From Squalus acanthias (taxonomy: Eukaryota), in the NCBI GenBank assembly GCA_030390025.1, contig JASTWF010000033.1, positions 5,644,001 through 5,708,000 on the forward strand: DNA of 64,000 bases. The letters run 5' to 3'. Positions 23,378 through 35,441 of the stretch are shown here, piece after piece (position 1 is the stretch's first letter; every line of letters begins with the position of its first letter). A program made the position numbers and the translations under genes. The notes under the pieces are model-generated. The model had not been told where the DNA came from and ran no database searches. It saw nothing but the letters and a program-made list of their open reading frames with translations.

Positions 23378-23412
<35 letters not shown>

Positions 23413-23602
23413 GCCAGCCTGCAAAATTGCCACAAATCACTGTCAGCAATGAAAGAAAGTTGATTTCTATCATTGGTCTGCTCTGTTTGGCAGTTTAAAA
23501 GCAAACAGACAGTTTTCAGTATTTTAGCTTTTCAGTTTGCGGCCTACAGAAACAGGCTTTTTATTCTGCATCAAAAGCAAATGCTGTGGATGTGAGAAAT
23601 CT

Positions 23603-23821
23603 GAAAGCAAAACAGTAAATGCTGGAAATACTCAGCTGGTAAGGCAGCATCTGCGGAGAGAGTGAGAAACTGAGTTAATGTTTCAGCTCGATTACCTTTT
23701 GTCAGATTCTGGCAAGGTTCTGACGAAAGGTCATCGAGCTGAACTTTTACTCTGTTTATCTGTAGCTTAACTGATGCTGCCTAACCTACTGAGTATTTCC
23801 AGCATTTTCTGTTTTTATTTC
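23603..23821. mobile_element. Second copy of the foldback element
   Basis: Same inverted arms, located in the next 1.8-kb unit. Confidence 0.8.
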
Positions 23822-25272
23822 TATTCTGCATGTTGTCTTGATTTCATGTGTCTCTCGCACTGCCTGCCTGCCTTGACTTGATTTGAGTATATTGGAATAA
23901 AAAGAATGCAAAGATCCCAGAGCAGCTTTTATTTTCAGACAGTCCACAAAGACATTTTTCAGTATCTCACTGACTGACTGTCTGTCTTGAAGTGAAGTGA
24001 AATAAATTGCAATAAAGTGATACACAACAGCATTTCATGTGAACCAGAATTAAATCAATAGAGTTTAATACAGCAACAGCAGGTAATAGGACAGCAGACC
24101 ACATCTCACACAAACACCAGCTATTGACCTCTCTCTCTCTCATGGACACACACTCATAGTCTGGCCAGCCTGCAGAGGGATGACTGCCGTGTTGGAAGAG
24201 TAAAACCAAAAAGACACTTTTCAATATCTTATCATTTCACTTTGTGGCCTACAGAAACAGGCTTTCTACTCTGCTACTTGCCTGTTGATTTCATGTCTCT
24301 CCCACTCTCACTGACTCTGTGTCTGTCTCTCACTCACACAGACTCCCTCCTACCCACATTGAACTAAAATTTACAGTAACATGACACACACACTCACACA
24401 GACTCTGCAATTTGCAGACACACAGACACCCACTCACTTACAGACACACTCACACAGACTCTGCAATTTGCAGACACACAGACTCTCACTTACAGACACA
24501 CTCACACAGTCTCTGCAATTTGCAGAAACTCAACCTCACACACACACATCCATTTTGAAAGATGCGGAGCCTGGGAGTGTCAATTTTTGATGATGTCCCT
24601 TCCTGGCTGTGTGGCCAAGTTTGATGAGGACAATCCAACAGGAAGAAGTGAAGCCGAGGCCCAAGAAATCCGGGTCCCCGAGAGGAAATGAAAGCCCGGG
24701 AGGTAGAAAAGAAGTAAATACAATCAGGAATAAATAATAATATATATACTTTTCTTCTGTTAACTAAATGTCTGCCTATCTGTGGTTTGCCTGGAGTGTA
24801 ATAAAATGAATGGAAAGATCGCACAGCAGCTTTTGCTCTGAAAGCATCCCAAGCACATTCCCCAATAAAGCTCCGTCCAGAAAAAAATCAAATGGATTAT
24901 TCTGAAAATAATTTTAAAAGTATAATATATACTTTTTTTTAAAACAAATGTCTTGTCTTGTTTGGGTTGGGCTGAAGGGGAGAGTAAGATCCCACAGCAG
25001 GATGTGCCATGAAACAATCCACAAACATTCCCCAATAAAGTCCAGTCCAGAAAAATATCAAATGGCTTGATGTATATGTGTAGATTTGCTTTTTACAAAA
25101 TTCTTGAAAGAAAGGCAAAGTAAGATCCCACCATAGCGTAGTCTGGAATTAAAACAATATGATCTAATGGTATATACTTTCAGTTTTTGTCAGACATGAG
25201 ATGCAATAGCAATGCACACGGCAGATAACTTGAACACAGACAAGCCCTGCATACACACCAGCTTTTGCTGTC

Positions 25273-25307
<35 letters not shown>

Positions 25308-25767
25308 GCCAGCCTGCAAAATTGCCACAAATCACTGTCAGCAATGAAATAAAGTTGATTTTCATCATTGCTTTGCTATGTTTGGGAGTTTAAAAGCAAA
25401 CAGACAGTTTTCAGTATTTTATTCTGCATGTTGTCTTGATTTCTCTCACTGCCTGCCAGCTTGCCTTGTCACACACAAACTCACAGCCTGGCCACCCTGC
25501 AGAGGGATGACTGCCGAGTTGGAAGATTAAAACCAAAATGACATACTCACAGAATCTGCAATTTGCAGACACACAGAAACTCACTCACACAGACACACTC
25601 AGACAGACTCTGCAATTTGCAGAAACTGACACTCACTCTCACATCCATTTTGAAAGGGGTGCAGCCTGGGAGCGGATGAGTCACGTGACCCTGTGGCTGG
25701 GCCTCTGACATCACAATGGGTGATGACGCGATCAGCTCGAGCGGGAAACCGTTCAATTAAAATTAAA

Positions 25768-25858
25768 TCAATTAACAATCACTCTCAATCCGGGTCTTGT
25801 TCCCTGCAGCGCCCTCAGGAGTCTCGCTCCGTCTGAACTGAACCGATTGTCCCCCAGC
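25768..25858 (-). CDS. NLR terminal LRR exon: LGDNRFSSDGARLLRALQGTRPGLRVIVN*
   Basis: Acceptor TTAATCTGTTTCAG|G, in frame (phase 2) with the preceding exon, ends in TGA. Confidence 0.85.
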
Positions 25859-26027
25859 CTGAAACAGATTAAAGATTAAACAGGAAATAAACAGATTGAA
25901 CATCAGTGTAAATAACCGCGAGACTGGGGTTAATAATTCAATAATAATTACAGACAAATATTACCCACAGTGACTGAATCCCATTGATATTTTATTTATT
26001 ACATTAAACATTAACACAAACACTCAC

Positions 26028-26195
26028 TCGATCCGCTCCAGACTCCGGCAGGTCAGTGTGAGGCGGCGGAGAGCGGGGACAGATCGGTCAGTGAAGGAGT
26101 TTGATCCCAGGTCCAGATCCGTCAGTGAGCGGATTGTACTGAGAGCGGAGGCGAGATCCTTGGCACAAGAATCTGTGAGACCGACAGACCCTAGA
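26028..26195 (-). CDS. NLR 168-bp LRR exon: LGSVGLTDSCAKDLASALSTIRSLTDLDLGSNSFTDRSVPALRRLTLTCRSLERI
   Basis: CCCCAG| acceptor, |GTGAGT donor, phase 2-2, LxxLxLxxN motif. Confidence 0.92.
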
Positions 26196-26336
26196 CTGGG
26201 GATCAGAGAGAGAAATAACAGGAATCAGAGTCAATCCCCAGAGTTTATTAATAACACTATTACTGATACTAATAATAATGTTCAGTGTCAGACATCCTGT
26301 TATTATAAACACAATCTCACACAGTCTGGTACTTAC

Positions 26337-26423
26337 TGCAGTGTCTGTATTTTACAGTCCGGGTTCCTCAGAGCCGCAGACACTAGTTTCACTCCGGAAT
26401 CTCCCAGATTATTGCCGCTCAGT
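26337..26423 (-). CDS. NLR 87-bp LRR exon: LSGNNLGDSGVKLVSAALRNPDCKIQTL
   Basis: TTTTGTGTTCAG| acceptor, |GTAAGT donor, phase 2-2, classic NLR LGDSGVK...CKIQxL motif. Confidence 0.93.
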
Positions 26424-26564
26424 CTGAACACAAAAGGAGAGAGAAACAAACTGAATCAGAGCCCGGATCTGATATATTTTCCTCTCTCGGATATTACAGC
26501 AATCACTGAAAGTACTTCAGGCCATTAATAACCCGGTTTCCCCCCGCGAATTCGCCCCTTGGCG

Positions 26565-27405
26565 AGTCGGGTGGGGTCGGGGGCGGGTCGGGTGGGGTCG
26601 GTGGATGGTCGGGTGGGGCCGGTGGATGGTCGGGTGGGGCCGGGGTCGGTGGATGGTCGGGTGGGGCCGGGGTCGGTGGATGGTCGGGTGGGGTCGGGGT
26701 CGGTGGATGGTCGGGTGGTGTCGGGGTCGGTGGATGGTCGGGTGGGGCCGGGGTCGGTGGATGGTCGGGTGGGGTCGGGGTCGGTGGATGGTCGGGTGGG
26801 GTCGGGGTCGGTGGATGGTCGGGTGGGGCCGGGGGCGATTTGGGTGGGGTCGGGGTCGGTGGATGGTCGGGTGGGGTCGGGGTCGGTGGATGGTCGGGTG
26901 GGGTCGGGGTCGGTGGATGGTCGGGTGGGGCCGGGGTCGGGGGATGGTCGGGTGGGGCCGGGGTCGGTGGATGGTCGGGTGGGGTCGGGGTCGGTGGATG
27001 GTTGGGTGGGGTCGGGTCGGGGATGGTCGAGTGGGGTCGGTGGATGGTCGGGTGGGGTCGCTGTATGGTCGGGTGGTGTCGGTGGATGATCGGGTGGGTT
27101 CGGGGTCGGGGGATGGTCGGGTGGGGCCGGGGTCGGGTCGGGTCGGGTGGGGCCGGGGTCGAGTCGGGTGGGGCCGGGGGTGGGGCCGCGGTCGGGGTTG
27201 TACCGGGGCGGGTCGGATCGGGTGTGGTCGGGGCCAGGCTGGGTGGGGCCGGGGTCGGTGGCGGGGTTGGACCGGGTCGGATCGGGTGGGGCCGGGGTCG
27301 GGTGGGGGCGGGTCGGGTCGGTGGCGGGTCGGGTGGGGCCGGGGTCTGTGGTGGCTCGGGTGGGGTCGCGGTCGGTTGCGGGTGGTGTGGGGCCGGAGTC
27401 GGGGG
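26565..27405 (+). repeat. G-rich 27-bp minisatellite (GGGGTCGGTGGATGGTCGGGTGGGGCC), decaying rightwards
   Basis: Direct tandem repeats with extreme G skew and high CpG content. Confidence 0.95.
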
Positions 27406-27444
27406 TCCCTCTGTCCGGTCTCGTTCCCTGATTATCAGAATTAC

Positions 27445-27496
27445 CCTCCTGGAGCTCAGTGACCGGCCTTGTCATGTTTGGAGAAACTTGGCTCAT
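27445..27496 (-). CDS. Candidate first coding exon of the NLR gene: MSQVSPNMTRPVTELQE(G), phase-1 donor
   Basis: Acceptor CCCCATTCCCAG| at 27524, ATG at 27496, donor G|GTAATT. Confidence 0.5.
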
Positions 27497-27699
27497 TTCT
27501 GCTGCTCCTTAAATCCAGGATTTTCTGGGAATGGGGCTATTTTCCCAGAATTAAATGATAAAGTGTTGATTCCCTGTACTTTACACTCTGTGCATTATAT
27601 TAATCTGTATAATATCTCGGGGTGAGTTATATTGTGAAACGCTAACTGCTGCTGTAAAATCAGTCCCCCAGGATTTTATATAACAAGGAGAATTTATTC

Positions 27700-29005
27700 T
27701 GAAATAGAAACAGGAAATGCTGGAAATACCCAGCAGGTCAGGCAGCATCTATAGAGAGAGAAACAGAGTTAATGTTTCAGGTCGAGGACCCTTGGTCAGA
27801 ACTGGAAAATGTTACAGATGTAACAGATTTTTAAGCAAGTGTCGGGGCCGGGAAAGGTGGGGGGAGCGGAGGAAAGAACAAAAGGGAAGGTCTGTGATAG
27901 GGTGGAAGACAGGAGAGATTAAAAGATAAAAGGGATGATGGTGCAAGCAAAAGGAGCTGGTAATGGGACAAGTTAAAAATCAAAAGATGAATCTAGATGA
28001 GGTGTGAATGGCAATGGCAGAATCATCAACAGCTGTCATAAAGGGGAAAAAAGGGAAAAGGAAAAACAATAATGAAAAAATAAAATAGGGGCCGAGTTTA
28101 TAGTCTGAAATTGTTAAACTCGATGTTAGTCCAGAAGGCTGTAAATTGCCTAATTGAAAGATGAGGTGCTGTTCCTCGATTTAATGTTGTACTTTGTTGG
28201 AAGAGTGTAAGAGGCCGAGAATGGAGAGATCAGAGTGGGAGTGGAGCGGAGAATTCAAGCGATAGGTGACCAGAAGTTCGGGGTCACACTTACGGACTGA
28301 GCGGAGGTGTTCCGCAAAGCGGTCACCCATTCTGCAGTTTGGTCTCCCCAATGTAGAGGAGACCGCATCGTGAGCAGCGAATACAGTATACTAAATTGCA
28401 GGAAGTACAAGTAAATCGCTGTTTCACCTGCAAGGAGTGTGTGGGGCGACAGTGGGAAGGGAAGTGGTAAAAGGGCAGGTGTAGCATCTACTGCGCTTGC
28501 ACGGGAAGGTGCCGTGGGAAGGGGAAGGGGTGTTGGGGGTGATCGAGGAGTGGACCAGGGTGTTGCGGAGGGAGCGGTCCCTACGGAATGCTGAAAGGTG
28601 AGGTGAGGGGAAAATGAGTTTGGTGGTGGGATCACGCTGGAGGTGGCAGAAATGGCGGAGGATGATCCGTTGAATGCAGAGTCTGGTGGGGTGAAAGGTG
28701 AGGACAAGGAGAACTCTATCGTGGTTCTGGGAGGGAGGGGAAGGGGTGAGAACAGAAGTTCGGGAAATAGAACGGACACGGTCAAGAGCCGTGTCAACCA
28801 CAGTAGAGGGGAATCCTCAGCTGAGGAATAAGGAAGACATGTCGGAATCACTAGTATGGAACGTGACATCATCAGAGCTGATGCGGCAGTGACGGAGAAA
28901 CTGGGAGAATGGACCAGCGTCCTTACAGGAAGCGAGGTGGGAGGAAGTGTATTCCAGGTAGCTTTGGGAGTCAGAGGGCTTACAGTGAATGTTTGTCAAT
29001 AGCAG
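27700..29005 (-). mobile_element. 5'-truncated Penelope-like retroelement (RT thumb, Cys linker, GIY-YIG) with degenerate hammerhead-like terminus
   Basis: KPSDSQSYL...SSH...PFSQFLR; LVLTFHP; GTFPCKRSRCYTC; NLVYCIRCSRCGLLYIGET. Confidence 0.9.
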
Positions 29006-29139
29006 CAATAGAGTTTATTCTGTCCCGTTACAAGTTTTAAATGTCCCTGTGCTCCAAGTTTACAGGGGAGGGGAGTCTCTCACTTTATTCCCATTAAACT
29101 GGCTCTACATTTATTTCAGGTGTAACTGGCCCGAGAGGT

Positions 29140-29275
29140 TTTGGGGAATTTTCGGAAGTTACCTCCCCGAGCGGAGCCTCACTCACACAGGGGGCGGATT
29201 ATGGGGAATTCCCGGATTCACTGCCCCCGGTTTCCCCAGGAGCCGCCCGCTGTGTGCGAGGCCCCACCGCTGGCC
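29140..29275 (-). promoter_or_regulatory. Candidate NLR promoter / first exon with NF-kB-type sites and a GC box
   Basis: GGGAATTCCC at 29204-29213, GGGAATTTTC at 29144-29153, GGGGCGG at ~29191 and minus-strand donor GAG|GTAACT at 29163. Confidence 0.55.
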
Positions 29276-29859
29276 GGTGTGTGTCTGTACTCCGGTTAGA
29301 TTGGAACCTTTTCACCGGCAGGTTTAAGAACCTGAATATCAATCTTTACTCAATGTTTAGGACTGTGAATAATTGTAAACATTTACAGCTGAAAGAATTC
29401 CCGATTCCCCAATATTCCCAATCCAGGAAACTACCCCCTCGACAGGACACACCCTGTACGGTATTGGAGTAAATATCGAACTGTTAGTGATTTAAACTCG
29501 GGTTTCTCTCCTGTTCCCAGTTGAAATGGTGGATGTGGAAAACATTTTAAATTAATTTTATCTTTACTGCCGGATTATATTTTATGTTAACATTCTGCTG
29601 TCCAGCCTTATTAAATATGATTTATTGTAATTAAATTATCAGACTCTCAGTGACCTGTATTTGCTGATCCGATAAAGAATGTAGATTCCCTACTTGTTCA
29701 CAAGGATCCGTTTTAGATTCTCCAGTCCTGAGGGAATTACTAACGAATCCTCTTATGATTGGTCATATTTGTGTTGAATCTGCTTCTCCCTGGTTTAACT
29801 GAACTGTTTGTTTCCCTGCATTACGGAGCGAAAACACAATCCGTGACTTCTACAATTCA

Positions 29860-30270
29860 TACTCATGTGACTCGGCCAACGTTGTCTACCTCATACGTTG
29901 CAGGAAAGGATGCCCCAGAGCATGGTACATCGGCGAGACCATGCAGACACTGCGACAACGTATGAACGGACACCGCACAACAATCGCCAGGCAGGAGGGT
30001 TGCCTCCCAGTCGGGGAACACTTCAGCAGCCAGGGGCATTCAGCCTCGGATATGCGGGTAAGCGTTCTCCAAGGCGGCCTTCGAGACACACGACAACGCA
30101 AAATCGTCGAGCAGAAACTGATAGCTAAGTTCGGCACCCATGAGGACGGCCTCAACCGGGATCTTGGGTTCATGTCATGCTACATGACGTAGAGTCATCC
30201 AGACTCGAGTCGTCGTTGGCTTGTTCTCTCTACACGGATGCGGTCGGACCTGCTGTGATTTCCAGCATAA
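29860..30270 (+). mobile_element. Penelope-like GIY-YIG endonuclease fragment and terminus
   Basis: CDSANVVYLIRCRKGCPRAWYIGETMQTLRQRMNGH...GLNRD. Confidence 0.9.
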
Positions 30271-31249
30271 AAAGTATTTTGTTTTCCATACAGACCCCAG
30301 CATCAGCCACATTTGACCCCTTGGGACCCCACCTCATTGTCTTTGATGTAATGTTTTCCTGACTGACCTGTTTGGCCACCATCCACACCTTTGATTGCCG
30401 TGATTATCTCTCTGCCGAGGTGTGATAAAGGGCAGTTAGAAAGATAGGCCCAAAAATTAGTCTTACTATACGAGAGTACGCACTGTGTACTCTCGCGTAT
30501 TCGGTCTCCAATTGCCGGTTTTCTGCATGCACTGCGCATGCGCTGGAAACCGGCACTTCATGTGGCTTCACCTAATGGTATCTCCGTGGAATCGTGTGGG
30601 CCGGAGATTCTGCGCGTGCGTCAAGAACATGGATATTTTTCTGAATGGTGGTAGTGTGTGTAAGCTCCTAGCAGTTACACATGTAAAAAGCAGGAGTAAG
30701 AGATATTTTTGAAGATCCGGAGACAGCAGGAGGAATAAATCCTTTTGCAGTGGGGCTACTGAAGTGAGTTTTTTTTAATCTGAAAGCCACCAAAGTTTAT
30801 TTAATTAAGTCTTAGGTAAGTTTGCAATTTTAAAAAAAGTTTAAAAACGGGTTTTGACCATTTGGAGTAGTATAGCAACTGTGGGTGTGTACAAGGCATA
30901 TTGATTAAGGTTTCTATCATAAATGTGAAAAAGAATGTTTAAAAATGAACTATTTACATTTCAAAAATTTTTAAAGAAGAAAATGATCATCAATTATATT
31001 CCTCTAATTAAGTATGTATGTATGTATGTATGTATGTATGTATGCATTAATTTCTGAAAATGTTACAGTTCTGGAAAATCATCTCGGGCCGTGAGGCGGG
31101 TAGACGTTTTCCCAATCCGATAGCTCACGTTTGCCACCATAGCCCGACCTGATTTTATAGCCACTCACTTTACTAAAGTTACTTTAACAACTATTTCCAT
31201 TTTTTCATTCGATCTTTCTGTTTAAAGAGGAAGCCTGTGAGGGAGAAAG

Positions 31250-32389
31250 ATGCCCTTTCAGAATCAAGTCCTGTTCCTCTGTGGGATTTTGTATCAGAGA
31301 ATTTTAGACGCCAGGCGACAAAACAGACGGAGGAACCAAGCCCGTCTCCTCGTGAGAAGGAGAAACTACTACCCACCAAATAGAGTGTACAGGGAGAGGC
31401 TGTCATTTGAGATGCTGTCGGAGGAGTTGTGTGTGAGGAGGCTGCGCTTCAGTAAAGAGTCAATCGGCCGAATCTGTGACATGTTAAAGGAGGACCTTCA
31501 AACACGCTCGAAGAGCCGCACTGCTTTGTCAGTGAGCATGAATGTAACCACAGCACTGAACTTCTTTGCAAGTGGGACTTTTCAGGCAAGCACCGGTGAC
31601 ATTTCCAACATATCCAAGAATGCTACGAGGGCCAGCATTCACCAGGTCACAGAAGCCATTTTCCGTAGGGCTTCAGAGTTCATTAACTATGACTTGTCTG
31701 CTCGCCATCAAAAGGAGATGGCGCTTGCATTTCATAACATTGCTGGATTCCCCAAAGTGATTGGGGCTGTCGATGGAACCCATGTAGCATTGAAGGCACC
31801 AGGGGTTGCACCTGTGACATTTATCAACAGGAAGGTGTTTCATTCATTGAATGTCCAGATTGTCTGTGATGCGCATCTCAGGATCTTAAATGTGAATGCA
31901 AGTAACCGGGGAAGTAATCATGACTCCTTCGTCCTCCGTAACGCTAACTTATATGGCGCCCTCAACGCATTGCCTCCAGGATCCGCATGGATATTGGGCG
32001 ACAAGGGCTACCCGCTAAGACCATGGCTGATGACTCCCTACTGCAAGACCAATAATGAGGCTCAGGAGAGATACAACCAAGCACACGTGTCCACACGGCA
32101 AGTGGTGGAGAGGACAATCGGAGTTCTGAAATCATGCCTGGACAGGTCAGGGGGGGCCTTGCAGTATTCTCCTCTGAAAGTGGCAAAGATTGTGGTGGTC
32201 TGTTGTGCTTTGCATAACTTTGCCCTGCGGGAAGGACTGACCCTTAACGCTGCAGATGAACTACATGCAGAAATGGAGGACGTGGACAATGCCAATGTGC
32301 CTGTGGGAAGGCCTGATGGGGAAGAGACAACTGCTGCTCAAAGTAAGGCTGTTCGGGAGCAGCTGGTAGCCAACACCTTCACGAGGTAG
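31250..32389 (+). CDS. Harbinger DDE transposase (HARBI1-like), 379 aa
   Basis: RRLRFS, GAVDGTH, GSNHDS, LGDKGY, VERTIGVLK and CCALHN motifs. Confidence 0.93.
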   Translation: MPFQNQVLFLCGILYQRILDARRQNRRRNQARLLVRRRNYYPPNRVYRERLSFEMLSEELCVRRLRFSKESIGRICDMLKEDLQTRSKSRTALSVSMNVTTALNFFASGTFQASTGDISNISKNATRASIHQVTEAIFRRASEFINYDLSARHQKEMALAFHNIAGFPKVIGAVDGTHVALKAPGVAPVTFINRKVFHSLNVQIVCDAHLRILNVNASNRGSNHDSFVLRNANLYGALNALPPGSAWILGDKGYPLRPWLMTPYCKTNNEAQERYNQAHVSTRQVVERTIGVLKSCLDRSGGALQYSPLKVAKIVVVCCALHNFALREGLTLNAADELHAEMEDVDNANVPVGRPDGEETTAAQSKAVREQLVANTFTR

Positions 32390-32885
32390 TGTCGCCTTGT
32401 ACCTCCCCCTCCCCCAGCAAGGCAAAGAAAGGAACAGACACAATTTAAAGTGAAACAGTGCTCTTTTATTGCAGCATTATAGACTTCTGAGGTTCAGTGT
32501 TGATGTACATAGTTTATAACTTTTCAATGTTAACTAGCTACTTTTCAACTTTGCAAACATTCGTAAACAGAAATAGGTTATAAAAAAATTTGTAAACAGT
32601 TTTGACTTACTTTTTTGCTTCGTTACTGCAATAAAGACATTCAAGATTGAAAATAACTCTTTCCTAAATGTAAAACAGTTTTAATGTTCAATTTTTTTGT
32701 GCAAGTAAACAATTTGAATTTTTTAAAAGAGAATAGAGGCTGTACTTTTTCAATGAAAAGTTTACATACACTTTCAGTGACAAATATATATTTCAATAAA
32801 AAAAACAATGAAAACATGCAACTTTTAAATAAAACAAAAAATTAAACAATTGAAAGATTTACCCGCTCGAAACTATGCCTGAGGG

Positions 32886-34382
32886 TCAATGGATGTGCAT
32901 TGTGGAAAATGCTCCCCGTGACCGGTGCCCTGTGCTGCGACTTGAAACGGCCCTGCTTGCCGTCTCTTGCCCTTCAGCAATTGCCTCCTGACAGGGTTGT
33001 TGCTGCTGCTGCTGCTGCAAGGCAATGTTTGCTTGCATCATCACAAGCGGAGCAGCTGGCTCTTGGAACTGCACTGTTTCTGCGCTGGGAGCAGGTAAGG
33101 TTGGTTCTGCGGGAGTCACAGTAATGGCAGCAGTAATTATTTGCAAGAGTCCAACAAGAGACTCAGTTATTTTATGAAGCTCCATTCCCACATTTTGACC
33201 AATGATAGACTCTTTCAATTCATTAAATGACATGCACAGACATTCCACTCCCTGCTTGACCGAGGCAAGACACTCAACTTCTTTCTCTGTAAGAGAAGAC
33301 ATCGATTGCCTCAACCCTTCAAGATGGTGGATGTGACCTTGTAACTCCTGTTCTGTTGCATGTATATCTGTTTCTCCAACATGCACTGCAGTATCAAGCT
33401 GCTGTCTGTCTGGCACAGAGCCAGAGGTGCCAGGAGATGGAGAGGACCTCTCCAGCAACCCAGATTCCAGACCCTCCAATTCCATTTCAGCAACAATTTC
33501 CTCTTGCTGCTCCTCCACCACCACCTCACTGGCATCTCCCACTGGCTCAACATGCCCTTCACCAATGACCTCTTAGGCTGCAGACTCAACGCACTGCTCA
33601 TCCCGTGACTGAAAAGTCTGCTGTAAACCTATGTAAAGGAAACAGTAAAGATTAGCAAAGGTAAAGCATGATGTGCCACATCACAGAAGCTGATATTCAG
33701 CACACATCACCTCTGTCGATTTGTTCAGTTTCAAAGGGACATCCGCGAAGATATCCAAATATGTGCTCGAGCCTTTCCTCATGTTCGGTTAAAGCCCTTA
33801 ACGTGACAACACCACCGCCTGTCAGTGCACGTTCTCTGGCGTTGTGAGCAGTTTTAGTCTAAAATTGAAACATAAAATCTGAAATGTAAGGGTTTTTACA
33901 CCAAAACTTCATTGGCACTCACACAGTTGACTCAGTAAACAACTCAAAGCAGTGGAATCAAGATAACATTAGCATTTTATGACACTTGCCTGGCTACAAA
34001 AGCCATAAAAATTTATGGCAGCATCTTGTGACTTAAGTTAACTCAGCTTAGCAAACAAACACTGTTTAAAAGTATTTCATATTAAATTTAAAGACATTTT
34101 AACATTGACTTTTGTTATAACTATACAAACCTTGAGCGTTCGCAATAAATCACTGAATTTTTTGCGACATTGTTCAGCTGTACGAGGAATGGTCGAGGTT
34201 GCGGTCACACTTTGAGCAACCTCTTTCCACGCTGCCATTTGGCCTTTTCGAGGCGGTTTGGACTTCTCAGTTACAATGATCCTTAACCGCTTAGCATCGA
34301 CCTCGTCGAGAGGTGTGCGGAGATCATCGTCACTGAAATTTTGTGTTCTTTTGATAAATTGGATATTGCTGATAGGAGCCAT
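32886..34382 (-). pseudogene. Harbinger Myb/SANT-like DNA-binding protein; exons 34382-34131, 33858-33711, 33628-32886; one in-frame TAA at 33573-33575
   Basis: NFSDDDL...AWKEVA...RTAEQCRKKFSDL and TGGG motifs; GT-AG junctions with compatible phases (0, then 1). Confidence 0.85.
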
Positions 34383-35368
34383 TTCCGTTTGCTGATTGTA
34401 AACAGTAAAATCAATGAAAAAAATGATTTCAGGGCTTTTAAAACTATTTCAATTACTTTAAATCTCTTTACAACTGTTTAAAATTACTCCAATTCATCTA
34501 AAATACTTTAAAAGTTTTCAAAACATGCATTTAAATGCAACTTACTTTAAATGCTACGTCTACCACTGTTAGAAATCTGCCTTCAGCTGATGTGAAAATT
34601 CCATTGAAGTGAAGGAAAAATTGGGGGCGTGGCCTATGGTGAAGAGACCTTCCAGGGCGTGTCTTCACTGGACATCGCACGTGATATAACGCGCACGCTG
34701 CGCTTCACGGCGGTGTGACGTCATACGCTGCCCTGCAGTGCAGCTCAGAAAACAGCAAGTTCCTGTGTGCGAAAAGGCAAACGGCAGACGCGGTAAGTAC
34801 TACCGCGCCTGCTCCATACCCCCGCGTGAACACTCACACTTTAATTTCTGGGCCAATATTAGGCTTAAAAAGTGAAGCGTAGATTTACCAGAATGATACA
34901 TAGAGGCCAAGGGACAAATTACAATGGGAGATTGCACAAACTATGGATATATTCCCCGGAATTTAGAAGCTTAAGTTATGATTTGATTAAGTGGAACTGA
35001 AAGTGTCGAGCTAAGCTATTTCCGATGATTGGCCCGTCTAGGAGTACGGGACACAGACTCAACATTAGTTCCAAGCCTTTCAGGAGAGAAGATAGGAAAG
35101 GGTTCTACATGGAATGGATGTCAGAAACTTGTAACAAACTTCCGCAAACCGCAGTTAAAGCTGGGTCAATTGTCAATGTTAAACTTGATGTTTGTTAACC
35201 AAAGATAAAAAAGGGATCTGCTGCAAAGTGATGCAAACGGTGTTCGATCACAGATCTAATTGAATGGCAGAAAGGCTCGAGCGGTTAAAAGTTTTACTCC
35301 TGTTGTTATTCTCATTGCTAAAGGATCAGAGCACGAATGTAGAAATGAATATCGTGATTTAAAAGCAG

Positions 35369-35441
35369 CGCCCGAACAGGGACTTGAACCCTGGAACCTC
35401 AGATTAAAAGTCTGATGCTCCACCGACCGAGATATCCGGGC
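35369..35441 (-). tRNA. tRNA-Lys(TTT) copy 1, 4 substitutions, probably pseudogene
   Basis: Matches GCCCGGATAGCTCAGTCGGTAGAGCATCAGACTTTTAATCTGAGGGTCCAGGGTTCAAGTCCCTGTTCGGGCG with changes mostly in the D arm. Confidence 0.85.

Larger units (their letters stand above)
20838..25672 (+). repeat. Diverged ~1.8-1.9-kb tandem repeat, ~2.6 copies, apparently non-coding
   Basis: Marker AACAGGAAGAAGTGAA recurs at ~20988, ~22746 and ~24637; units are colinear. Confidence 0.93.
25768..29190 (-). pseudogene. NLR (NACHT-LRR family) gene relic: candidate 5' exons plus three LRR exons, no NACHT exon
   Basis: Ribonuclease-inhibitor-type LRR exons with canonical splice sites, a candidate ATG exon at 27445-27524 and a candidate non-coding exon ending at 29163. 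Confidence 0.75.
30447..34854. mobile_element. PIF/Harbinger DNA transposon with convergent transposase and Myb/SANT genes
   Basis: 13-bp TIRs GGCCCAAAAATTA / TAATTTCTGGGCC (one mismatch) enclose both genes. Confidence 0.92.

Noticed and set aside
20838..25672. Repeated short ORFs in the 1.8-kb units as a gene family
   Set aside because: Frames and stops are not conserved between units and no domain is recognisable.
26525..27625. Long Pro-rich and Gly/Arg/Trp-rich ORFs
   Set aside because: They are open in several frames on both strands because the 27-bp repeat lacks stops.
31250..32389. Domesticated host HARBI1 gene
   Set aside because: It lies between TIRs with a convergent Myb partner, the layout of a transposon.
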